46,156 nt of DNA from assembly GCF_001194135.2 (NCBI RefSeq), contig NC_068982.1:191714759-191760914 (forward strand), in the 5' to 3' direction. Under the pieces are notes generated by a model. That model was not told the DNA's origin and ran no database searches. It saw only the letters and a program-made list of their open reading frames with translations. A program made the position numbers and the translations under genes. Origin of the DNA: Octopus bimaculoides. Taxonomy: Eukaryota. Below are positions 25,256 to 37,700 of this stretch, piece by piece (the first letter of the stretch is position 1; every line of letters starts with the position of its first letter).

Positions 25256-28200
25256 TTTGTTCCTCAATACTTTACTGGTGTTGTTCCTGTCAGTATTTCT
25301 ACTTTTATATTCTGTAGTCACCAATGAGAAATCCTTCCAAAACTTTGGCACCAAAGCCAGCCCCTAGAAAACTTAAACCAAAAGAGGTTTGTCTTACAAT
25401 GCATGACATTTTTTTAAGAAGAACCTTTCTGATTTTGGCTTTTTTCTGAATAGCTTTTCTTTGGAAAAGTAAATTTGGCATTTCTAATTGGATTTCCTTA
25501 CTTTGTTACATCCAAAGTGTGCTGCCTGTGTGTCCATATATACCCCCCCCCCCGGAGCCAAGAGATAACGATAAGTTGTCTTTGACCATCATCATTTCTC
25601 TGTCCTGTTTGCTCAACCTGACTTGAAATAGCAGTCAAATCCCCTCCAGTCATACCCTACCATCCTAAAAGTAGGAAGGACATATTGGATAATGCAGTCC
25701 ACCATACTCTGTCTCTAAAATAAGGTGAGATGGTCATGGCTGTACTGCCTTTAGTCATAGGTCTACTCGATCAGCACTGACTTGGGGTTAAACAGTCAAC
25801 CAAACTGAAAATGTTTTACAAAGATCAACAGTTGAGCCAAACAACCAACCAGCATGTTTGTTGGGCAGGGGGGGGGCATTAAGGACCTTACGTTATCAAG
25901 GGCTGGGGATGTGTTAAGGACCTTACTTTATCAAATTGTTCAATTGTTTGACAGAAGTGCTAAGTACAAGGCATGGCATCAGCAGTACTGAAATTATGTA
26001 GAAATAATTAAGAGTGACAGAACCAGTTTTAATACCAAAAGGTAATATTGATCCTCACTTAAAAAAGTGGAGGTTTCTCTTAGAACAACAAACCACTGCA
26101 TCATTTACCATGAGAGAACCCTTCATATGGACTTGTGGTGCATATAAGCACTCATGTCTATATCGCTAGCAGGGGAGATAATCCTCTGCTATTGCTACCA
26201 GGATACGTCCATAGGAGAGGTTCTCTCTTAATAAATAACTTAGTATTCTCTGTGTTGTGACAGCATCAACTTTCAAGTGGAGATAAATGTTACCTTTTGC
26301 TATTAATACCATTTCTGTCATTAATAATTACTTTTTTAATATACCACTGACTATTTGCGACAGCAGTTCTTGATTAGATACTGGAATTCCATGTATATTA
26401 CTGACAGAGGAATTGCTGCTATTTCTAGCTTTGGGTGTCTGCCATTGACAAGGCTAAGGAAGGCTGAAATCACATGATCTGGTAGTCCCAGCAGCAATAG
26501 TAGCTGATTATCTCCTGCTAGTGATATAAACAAGAGTGCTTATATGCACTACAGCTCCATATGAGAGGTTCTCTTGTGTTAAATAATGCAGTATTTTGTG
26601 CTGTAATGCAACATTCACTTTTAAGTGGGGATTAATATATCCTTATGTAGAAAAGGCATTGCTATATCACAGGGTCACCGAACCAATGTAAGGAGGGTTA
26701 ATTTGTTGTTGTTGTTTAATTAATCCTGATCCACACATCTGACCTAATTAAAAACCTGCTGTAATTTAAGCAGATGACATTTCTTTGTCTTCATCAGTTT
26801 ATGTCCATTCTTCCGTCATTGGCCAGGTTTGGGTTTCTGAGCCAGTGGTTTAGGGGTGGATGTTCTTCTGATTTTCAACCCATTTAATCACCCTTTATTA
26901 CACACAGGGGTATTGTGTCATCATAATTAGACATCCAGCTTCCATACAAGCATTGGTTGGATGGTTCGACAAGACAGAGGACTATATCAAGCTCCAGTGT
27001 TTGGTTTAGCATGGTTTCTACTGGTGAAAATCCTTCCTAATGCCAACCATTTCATACAGTGGACTGGGTGCTGCTTTTTATGTGACCCCAGCGCCAGCGA
27101 GTTGTGAGGTGAGATCCCTCTACCAGGAGGGTGGACGGTATTGAGTGGGGTAGTGTTATGCCAGACAATGACAAGGGGACAAGAACAAGCGTCTTGTTGT
27201 AGAGGGGATACGTGGCTACCCCAGCTGGGAAAGGGAGAAAAGATAGTGGAGATTAAGTTGCAGGACATACCATCAAGGTACAAGGGAAGCAGATAGAAAA
27301 TCAGGACAAAGAATCGACGCTGGCTGGATGAGAGTATCTCTTCTGAAAGTAAGCTACAGTATTTTATATAGAAACCTGTTTTTCATTACAACATCCAACT
27401 CATGAAGACATCTCAACAGTCACAGGCCACCACTATAGTTACTAATACTGTAAATAGACTTTACTACTCCATAATACCAGTAATATTAGCAGTACTATAC
27501 AGCCATTAACATAAAGCTAACTGTTGTTGCTATTGGTTACTAACTGCTCCTGCTTAATATCGATGAATGCTGAGAATATATCGACTCTGTGCATGGAAGA
27601 GTCTTTGATTCTTTCCAAGAATTATTGCCATTTTGAAAATGTCTACTAACCCTAACTCAGTAAACTTCACTCGAAATATGACAAATAGATGCATACATCA
27701 TTTTAATATCCATCATTTAACGTCCATTTTTCATGCTGGCATGGGGTGGAGAGTTTGACAGGAGCTGATAAGGCTGGGGAGCTATATCAGGCCCCATTGT
27801 TTGTTCTGACTCGCTTTCTACAGCTGGGTGCTCTTCCTAATGCCAACCACTCCACAGAGTGCACTGGGTGCCTTTTATGTGGCCGATGCCAGTGACTGGC
27901 TCCCGTGCTGGTGGCACGTAAAAAGCACCATCCGATCATGGTCGATGCCAGCCCCCTCTGGCCCCTGTCCCGGTGGCATGTAAAAAGCACTCACTACACT
28001 CTTGAAGTGGTTGGCATTAGGAAGGGCATCCAACTGTAGAAACACTGCCAGATCAGACTGGAGCCTGGTGCAGACCCCTGGCTTTCCAGACCCCAGTCGA
28101 GCCATCCAACCCATACCAGCATGGAAAACGGACGTTAAACGATAATGATGATGAATATCAATATTTAAGAAATTTGCATAATCTAAATAATTGTATTATT

Positions 28201-31200
28201 CTTATGTTGATTAAAATCTCCAAACGAAACACTTGTAGCAACAGGGAAGACTCATTCGTCTTTTCTTCTTCTTCTTTTATGCCACGTCAGAGGTTCCCTC
28301 TGACGTGGCATAAAAGATACACTTGGGGTTGCAGATTACCTAACAACAGGGAGCATATTCCATTGAGGCCCTATGGGGCTTGGATAGTGCGTTACTTCAC
28401 CACTGTCTGCTCTGCATCATTCTGTGCAGCCAGTTATTGGCAGGTTTCACATTGATATGCCTTCATCCTTTATGGATCCATTGTGTGTGTGTGTGTGTAT
28501 TTAATAGGGCATGGGGCAGAAGAGTCTGGACATTTAAGGGTCCCTCTTGCCAGTCAGGTGACATAATTGATCCCTACTTCCCCCTGTCCCCATCCCACCC
28601 CAGTTGATGTTCAGTTTGAGGTCAGTGTGTGGGGTGCAGTGGGAAGTGGAACCAGGAACCTGCAGGGATTGAACTCAACAAAAGCCAGCAAAGGACCAGG
28701 TAAGAGAATTGAGGCAGGTGTTAAACCACACAGCGTAAGACTAAATAATATTTAGAAATAATATTGTGTTTTGCAATGTTTTGGTAAGTTATTTGCTTTT
28801 TTTGTCAAGTTACAACAAAAGCAGTGGAGCATTCCGAGGCCATCGTGTGGCACCATTTGAAGCTTTGGTTTCTTTTGAAGAGAAGAACTCCTCCACTAAA
28901 ACTTTCACCGCCTTTTGGTTGATGAAGTGTTTTGAATGCAGGTAATAATCCAAGGACCCAGGTGATGGAGTGTGTGTGTGTATTGTTCAGTCCTCCATCA
29001 ACAAGTATATCCAATGAAATTCTTTCCAAATCCCCCCCCCCAATTTCGTTATCTGCAGAGAGACAGGTTTGTGGAACTACCATATTATTGATTAAAAATC
29101 AATAATCTGTCATAGTGATCAATACCAGTTGTCTCACATGTTGTTTTAGTAAGCTTGTTTTTCATCACAATTGTACAAGCTAATGAGCTGCAGAATTGCT
29201 TAATTACTGAATTAAAACCAAACTTTTTAACCTCTGATTCTCTTAAGATTGTTGCACAAAAAGAAAACGATTCAGTAAAAGAACTTCTTCCAGATGTTGT
29301 GTCACTCAACAGCACTGAAGAAATATTGGAGAAAGAATTCACCATTAACAAACAAGATCTTCCAACTGAACATTCACAGAAGGTTCCTCTGTCAAATGGA
29401 GTCACTTTGGTAAAGATTTCCAACTTTGACTTTTTTTTTAATTAATCACGTTATTGCGAATAATGAATGTTGAGATTTCATTCATTCTTTACTCCTAAAG
29501 ATTGATGATTAATGTTTTAATCACTGTGTAAGTGTGTGTGTATAAAGGTTCTGTGGTTCAATCTGTCCTTCAGCGCTACTGTTAGAACTAATGTAGGTAA
29601 AGAATTTTTAAATTTAGTTTCCAGGCATTTTCCAGCCAACCACAAATACCATAGAGTCTTCAATAGAAGACTGCTTAAGGTTAGCTATTCTTGCTGTAAA
29701 AAACTTCACCTCTTTAATAAACTAGCATAACACAAAGATTCTAAACAAAAGTGACGGTGCCGCAGAAAGAGATAACCCAAAATGCAATTTCAAAGACCAA
29801 AGTTGCTGTCCTTTAAGAAGGAATTGTCTAACCAAAGGCATAGTCTTCAGAGTCAAAGTCCAGATGACCAACACAGGTGAATACAAGACTTATATGGGAG
29901 AGTTTTTCAAAACGAGGCTATATCTCCAGAGAAATTCTTTAAGTACCCAGAAAATAGAACTGCAACTAGCCCGGCCAAATACATACATACATACATATTT
30001 ATATGTATATATATATCATCATCATCATTGTTTAACGTCTGCTTTCTATGCTGGCATGGGTTGGATGGTTTGACTGAGGACTGGTGAGCCAGAGGCTGCA
30101 CCAGACTCAATCTGATCTAGCAAAGTTTCTACAGATGGACGCCCTTCCTAATGCCAACCAGTTTGAGAGTATAGTGGGTGCTTTTTACGTGCCACCAGCA
30201 TGGGACCCAGTCATGTGACACTGGCATCGACCACATTCGGATGGTGCTTTTTACCTTGTATTTCTATATTTTGAGGTAAAGACCCCTTCTTCAGGAGATT
30301 CGGAAAAGCAGTGATTGGAAAAAGTTTGTTGTACAGAAGGTGACATGTGCAGACTGCTGTTGCTATAGCATCTAGTCTGCTTCGTGTTGTTGTTTCCTGC
30401 TGTTAACAGCTGGTTTCAATTTGTTTATAAGGAGGGATTCCATAATTCTGAGATTGCCCTTGTTGCATTGGGTTGCCTTGATAGAAACTTTGGAGTTCCA
30501 CGATTGTGAGCCTGATGCTCTAACCACTGAGCTATGTGCCATGTGCCATGTTTGTGTGTGTGTGTTTTATAGTCATAATCCTCGTCATTTTGACAGTCGC
30601 TTTGCCTGGATTTGAGGGCTGCATGATGCTGCAATGTCTTGGCATGGTTCCTACAATTGAATGCCTTTCCTAATTCCAGTCTTATTAAAAATGTCACTGT
30701 TGCAGTTGTCATCTAATTAAAAACTCATTTTTAATTGACAAAAAGCATCTTTTCTGTCTCTTTTTGGTTGTTTTAAAGAATTTGATGATTGTTATCAAAC
30801 TAGAAAAGAATATTCTCTAATTATTTCTCAAAATATTTCTCTAAATATTTCAATATTGTTATTTTAATAACTCATTCCAGGACCGAATAGAAAATGAAGA
30901 ATATCAGAAAGATGCTCCCATTCCAATGAAGCTTGAAATCAATCTACAGAGTAAAAATAAAGAAGAACCAAAATATCTAAATTCAAAAGAAAGCATCGAA
31001 GAAAAAGGTTGGAATATTTCTGTGAAGGTTTTATATTTTATTATTATTATTATTATTAATAATAATAATCCTTTCTACTAAAAGCACAAGGCCTGAAATT
31101 TGTGGGGATGGGACTAGTTGATTATATCAACCCCAGTGTTTCACTGGTACTTAATTTATCGACCCCGAAAGGATGAAAGGCAAAGTCAACCGTGTCAGAA

Positions 31201-34200
31201 TTTGGACTCAGAACATGAAGACAGATGAAATACCTCTAAGCATTCCGTCCAGTATGCTAACAATTCTGCCAAATATATTCTGTGGTGGTCAATGGCTCTA
31301 GAACTGGTGTCTTGTATTATTTTGGGTTAGGGTTAGAAGGTGAAATAGCAAAGCACAGTTTGGGAAAATGGTTGATAATGTCATAGAAGAAGAGGGAGTG
31401 GGTGGGTGGGTGTTGGGCAGTCCTGTCTTGTATAATGGAGGAGATCTGGTGTTTAGTTCCTCACACCTGTCATTGAACAAGTCAGAATAATTACCTCCTG
31501 TTCGCCTTGCTCAGCTTTTGGTTAGCTGCTCAGGGATTTACCTCTCACAAGAACCCTGTGTCTGGCTGTGGGTTAGGGGTAATATTAGGTGTACTACAAT
31601 ACACCATAAAAAGTATTCAAAAGTGCAGAGAATAAAGCAGAAGAAGTGAACAGTGAACAAGTCATTTAAAAAGAAAGTGGGAAGGGGGAATCAGGTGTCC
31701 TTTTGGTGAATGGAAGTTTCGAAGGATGTAGGGTCTGGACAGCTAGCAACTGATGCAGGGAGTTTATTCCATGCTTCAGTGTGAAAAAACATTTCCAAAA
31801 GTCATGGGTGTTCTGTTGTTTTCTGATTTTGTAAGCATGTCCACAAGTCTTTGATGTCTAGCTTTCAAAAAGGTGTCCAAGGTTGTTGTTGTTGTTGTAA
31901 AGATGGGGACAATTTTGTGGGTGTCTACCAAGTCAGTTGCCAGACGTCAGTGCTTTGATGTGTTTCAGATAAGAAGGGCCTTATCTATTTCGAGAGATAG
32001 ACCAAATGTAGTTCAGTGTTAATGTTCCTTTTGTGTTTTTTCAGGTAAGAAAGAAGATAGTGAAGATGAAATTCAAGAAATTTCCTGCAGTGAAGAGGAA
32101 TCGGTAAATGGTGAAGATGGATATGAGAGGAAAAGGCAGAAGAACAAGAATGGTGTGGAAGGGGACAAGAATGGTGTGGAAGAGGACAAGAAAGATTCTT
32201 CAGTGAAGAAAAAGAAAAAGGATAAAAAGCAAAAAGGCAAAAAACGAAATAAAGGAGTTGAAGTAAATGAAAAAAGGGATCTGGAAGATGAGAAATTTAC
32301 TGAAGGTCAGCAGGAGGAAGAGGAGGAGGAGGAGAAGGAAGTGCAAAAAGAAAATGAGGAAGATTTAGAGAAGAATAACAAAAACAAACAAAAAAGTAAA
32401 TTTTTCTATTTTTTTTTTTTAATCCTATGAATTTAATAACTGAGAAAGGACAAACCACTAACTTTCTAGAGTTATTTGTGCTAAGTGAAGGTGTATGTAC
32501 CAGCCTTCCTTCTTCAGGGGTGGTCTAGTATCTCTTCTATCTTTGTCCCTCCAGTAACTTCCTGCCTGCCACACAACCACCTCCCTTGGTTTTGTTCCTC
32601 CTCTTAACTAAGAGGTCATTGTCTTGCAACTCCACTTGCTGACCCCGCTGGTGCCAGTGGCACATAAAAGGCACCTGTGCCAGTGCCACATGCAAAGCAC
32701 CCAGCACACACTGTAAAGTGGTTGGCAGGAGGAAAGGCATCCAGTTGCAGAAGCCATGCCAGAGCAGACAGTGGAACCTGGTTCAGCTCTCCAGCCTCGC
32801 CAGCTCCTGTCAAATCGTCCAACCCATGCCAGCATGGAAAAACGGACATTAAATGATGCTGGTGGTGTGTGTGTGTGTTTGTACTATCGCCTTAACTGTT
32901 GTTGACTTCTAGTCTTCTACGGAAAAACATGCCTGGCCATGAGGAAATATTACTTTCCTTGGAAGCAGGCGATGCTTGGTGACATCAAGATGCTTCTTCG
33001 GTGAATCTAATCCAATTCCTGCCAAATGGAAGTGAAATAATGTTTATGACAAGACCCTGGATGGAAAGTGACAAAAACTAAAATTCAGTCACAACTTTTA
33101 ATATTTTGACCAACTTTATGATGAAATCGATGCATTTTTCTAAAGAATTGATTAGAATTGGTGTTTCTGAAGGTGACATAAATTTTATACTTGGTTTATG
33201 ATTTATTGTTTTAGGTAAAAAAGGAATTTTAAATATTTTTGGGAAGAAGAAAGTGATTTCAAATGTAGAGGATGAAAGTAAAGAAGGTAAAAACGTAGAA
33301 AAAGAAAGTGAAGAAAAGAAAGAATCTCCAAGGAAGAAGAAAGAAAGCAAGAAGAAAGAGATTAAAAGTGATGAAGAGAAGGAAAAAGGGGAAGAAAAAG
33401 TGAAGGGAAAATCTGGCAAGAAGCAGAATCATCCAAAACCTGGTGAATTATGAATTGTTTTGGTTAAACATTGGTGTTGTTGAGGTTGAATGGTAGTTTG
33501 GGCAGTGGTGGCCACATCCTGATGTTCTTAAGTAGAGTCTTTGAATATTTCTACTTTGCAATTCTTGTTTTATTTGTGTTTGTTGGCCTCGCAGCCTCCC
33601 TGTATTACCTGGCTTTCAGTATTCATTGTTTGTATGTGTCTGTCTGTCTGTCTGTCCTTCTCCTACTGGGGAAGCCAAACATCTCCTCTGTTGTAAGACA
33701 CCTGTCCCTCTTTTCACTCTAACCTCTCGCCTGGCCACTTCCCTCAGTTCTACTCTCTCTCTCTCTCTCTCTCTCAACTAAGAGGTTTTTGATATATTTC
33801 ATGAAACCTTATTAGGTTTCTGCAACGACACATAAGCACATCATTTGTCTCCATCTGCTTGGTTGAAGGGTGGAATTGTCCCTCTACCCCCCAAAAAGGT
33901 GATCTAACAAGTGCAGCAAACTACAGAGGCCTTACTCTGATCCCAATTGCAGCTAAAGTTTATAACAAACTTCTGCTTAATAGAATTGTACCTATGCCCT
34001 TCTTCATAAGATTTAGAAGGGGCCGGTCAACAACTGCTCAAATCCTCTCCATCCATCGCATACTGAAAGAAATGAAAAAGTTTAACAACAGCGCCACAAT
34101 CTGTTTTGTCGACTTTTGCAAAGCATTTGATTCCATCAGCAGAGATCTTATGTTTAAAATCCTTGCACTCTATGGAATTCCTCCCAGGATTGTTGATGCT

Positions 34201-34666
34201 ATCAGAACGCTGTACACAAGCTCCACTGCCACAGTTATATCTCCTGATGGAGAGACTGACTTCTTTGAAGTTGAATCAGGTGTTCTGCAGGGTGACACAT
34301 TCACTCCTTTCTTGTTCACCATTGTTCTCAACTATGTTCTACACATTGCCCAAGACGGTACGAAGGAAAAGGGACTCCTTTTGAAACCCTGCCAGAGCAG
34401 TTGGCATTGTGCACAGCATTTAACTGATCTTGACTTTGCTGACGATCTTGCCTTGACATCCCATTGTATTAAATTTCTCGGTAAGGATATCCCTAAACCT
34501 CTGACCATGTGAAGGGTTCTTAAGCTTCCGAATCCTTCTTCTCCAGATTAGTCTGCTTTTTGGCATCCTTCTGGCCTCAAGTCTAAAGTCACTAATAACT
34601 AGTCTGTGTTGTGGGAGGTGCAATATATACACACACACATATATATACATACATACATATATATAT

Positions 34667-34737
<71 letters not shown>

Positions 34738-37700
34738 NNNNNNNNNNNNNNNNNNNNNNNNNNNNNNNNNNNNNNNNNNNNNNNNNNNNNNNNNNNNNNN
34801 NNNNNNNNNNNNNNNNNNNNNNNNNNNNNNNNNNNNNNNNNNNNATATATACACACACACATATATATACATTGCATCATATCTCAACAACAGCAATATC
34901 ATTTAGCTTCAATTTCACTTTCCATCTTCAAAATTACCAAAACAATATTTCTTTGACTTCTTCTCTTTCTGCAACTCTGTTTCACTTATCTTACTACTAC
35001 AATGGCAAACTGATGTTTTTTAGTTGTTAGTCAACCCTGGTCTAGCAGACCTCTCACTGAAGACAATTCAACCATGCCTATTACATTTTTTATAAGGGAT
35101 TTGCAGGGCTACATTATCTAGTGTGTATGTTCCTTATTTAACGAAATCACAGCCAAATCCCCATGAAACTGGCTGAGATTTAGCTGCTATTTCTAGCAGT
35201 TTGAGGGATCATGTAGAGGTTGTTTTGTTGGTTGTTTGAGGGATACATCAATGGCAGTTATAGGATTTGAACATCTGACCAATATGATGGGTAGTTTATT
35301 CCATTAATGCATTCCCATGATTCCTCTGTCACTCTTGGGAATTGAACCAACATCAAAGACTTGCTTTGATTACAAAGTGTTGATGATTTTAATATTTATA
35401 TTTTAGATTCTGTTGAAGAGGAGGAGGAGGAGGTGGAAGAGGAGGAGGAAAAGGAAAAAGAGAAGGATGGCGAAAAGGTAAAGTATTATATTTTTGCTCT
35501 ATGAAATTAGTAGCAGGGTGAGTGATGAATGTTGAATTATGAGTGACAGGTGGATGAGTGATAGAGTGTTGACTAATGAGTGACAGTAATGTGAGTGGTG
35601 GGGGTGTTGATTTATGAATGACAGCAAGGTGAGTGAAATAATGGCTGTTGACTTATGAATGACAGCAGGGCAACAGGTGGGGGTGTTGACTTACACAACT
35701 GATAGTTGAGTGTTGACCTAAAAGATTCCAGGTTCTCATCAGCCCCCCCCCCCCACATTGTGTTTTTAATTAACAATGTTGGCTCAGTCCACTCTATTGT
35801 AAATAGGTACCACAGTGGTGGTACAGCTGACCATTGGAAATCAAAGCAGTACATTGTACTGTTGTTTAGTGCTAGGTCAGCCTTGATCAAAGACAGTCCA
35901 ACCACAACCATCCCATCATTCTAGACAGTTTAGCTAACATTACACAATCCAATATATCCTTCCCTGTGAGAGATTTGGCTGCTATTTCAAACAGGTTGAA
36001 CAACCATGTAGATGCTTCCTCATTTGATTGTATTGTTAACTGGCAGTCCTGAGTTCAAATCTTAGTTAGGACTATATTTTTCTGCTGGCCTTACTCCCAG
36101 CTAAAATCAAATCTGTAATGAAAAATCATTAGTGTTAATGACAATTCTATCATATGAGACAAAAGAGAGAAGTCAGGTGTTCTTGGGAAATTTTAAATTG
36201 TTTAATCAATGAATTATTTTCACAAACTGAAATTATGTTCTCTCAGTTGTTCTAAGATCTGTTAGATCTTACAACATCCTTTTTTTCTTTGTAGAATTAT
36301 GTTAGCAGCACTTAACTATATTTTCTTTATGCAGAAGGCATCCCTGGCAACATTACTCCTCTCTACTCTCAATGAAAATAGTTTTCCAACTTGTTCTTTT
36401 GTATAGTTGTGACACTCTTACAAGAAACTTGTTTCTCAGAGCTTACTAATTCAATGGCAGATGATGATGACGACGACGACGACGACGACGACGACGGTGG
36501 TGGTGGTGGTGGTCATGGTGATATGACATTATTGGACTTTGACCTCTTCCAAAGAGTGAAGAGGAGTTTTGTACAAAACGTTCAGAATAAGTTTCCAGGT
36601 TTTAAGTTTAGTTGCTGTGGAAACGACAAAAGGACGCCACACTCATTGTTGCGAGATTCCTTCTTCAATTTTGGAGAACAAAAGGTTTTCCACAGAAGAA
36701 GAGGAGAAACTTTTTAGAGAGGAGGGACTCTGTCAGCCCCCTACTTCTCTCAGCTTCTTCTGTTTCAGTCAAATATGGAGGAGAATAGGGTTGTTGTGTG
36801 AAATGTAAAACATCATTTAACGTCTGTTTTCCATGCTGGAATGGGTTGGACACTTTGAAGAGAGTTGGTAAGACTAGGGGCCATACAAGGCTCCAATTGT
36901 CTGTTTTAGCTTGGTTTCTACAGTTGGATGCCCTTCCTAATGCCTGGGTGCTTTTTATGTGGGACCAGCATCAACCCTTTTAACATAACGCCAGAATGGG
37001 TGCTTTTAATGTGGTACCAGCAACAGTACTTTACATGTGGTACCAGCATGGGCCCAATAAATTTGCTAACATTTAATCCCCATTTAGATGTGGTGGCTAC
37101 TGTAGTCCGAGAGGAGTTACATCCTTGCTTTTGTAAATTTGTTACAGGAAGATGCTAAAGATGAAAAAAGTGAAGAAGATAAAAAGAAAGAAACAGAAAA
37201 AAGTGAAACTATTTTGGAAAATGATGAGAAAGATAAAAATGTAAGTAAAAAATGATTTTGTATCAAGTTTCCTCAACCAATACAGGAGTACAGAAGTGAG
37301 AAAAATAAATACATAATCATTTAACATCCACATTTCCATTCCTTCATGGATCGGTTGAAGTATATTGGGATGGATTTTCTATGGCTGGATGCTCTTACTT
37401 TGCCAGACAAGTTTTTCACAGAATAAAGATAACGAACACCGCATCATGGGGATGTTTGATTACATTCATCACATGATGTTAAAACAAGGATACACACACA
37501 CACACACATATATACAATGGATTTCATTTATTTTCTCTCTACCAAATTCACTCCCAAGGCTTTGGTTGACCTGTGGCTATAACAAAATACTTGTTGAAGG
37601 TGCCACATTCTGTGCTGAACCCAAGACCACATGGTTAGAAAGTAAATATTGTACCACATGGCCATGTCATTGTGTGTGTGTTTCTTTGTCTCACTTTACA

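Larger units (their letters stand above)
6573..34844. other. Assembly gaps: 6573-6727, 10898-11135, 12675-13019, 18187-18710, 19319-19328, 19734-20690, 23488-23629, 34738-34844
   Basis: N runs, all within repeats. Confidence 0.99.

Noticed and set aside
32396-32430. Intron read-through ending SKFFYFFFLIL* as an ORF15-like alternative terminus
   Set aside because: Only 11 further codons from a T-run, and no nearby canonical AATAAA was seen. There is no support without 3'-end data.
36391-36717. ORF with poly-Asp/poly-Gly as a possible extra acidic RPGR exon
   Set aside because: The (GAT)(GAC)(GGT) run looks like the repeat tails common in this window, there is no convincing donor, and the gene model closes in phase without it. 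RNA-seq could still show a minor exon.
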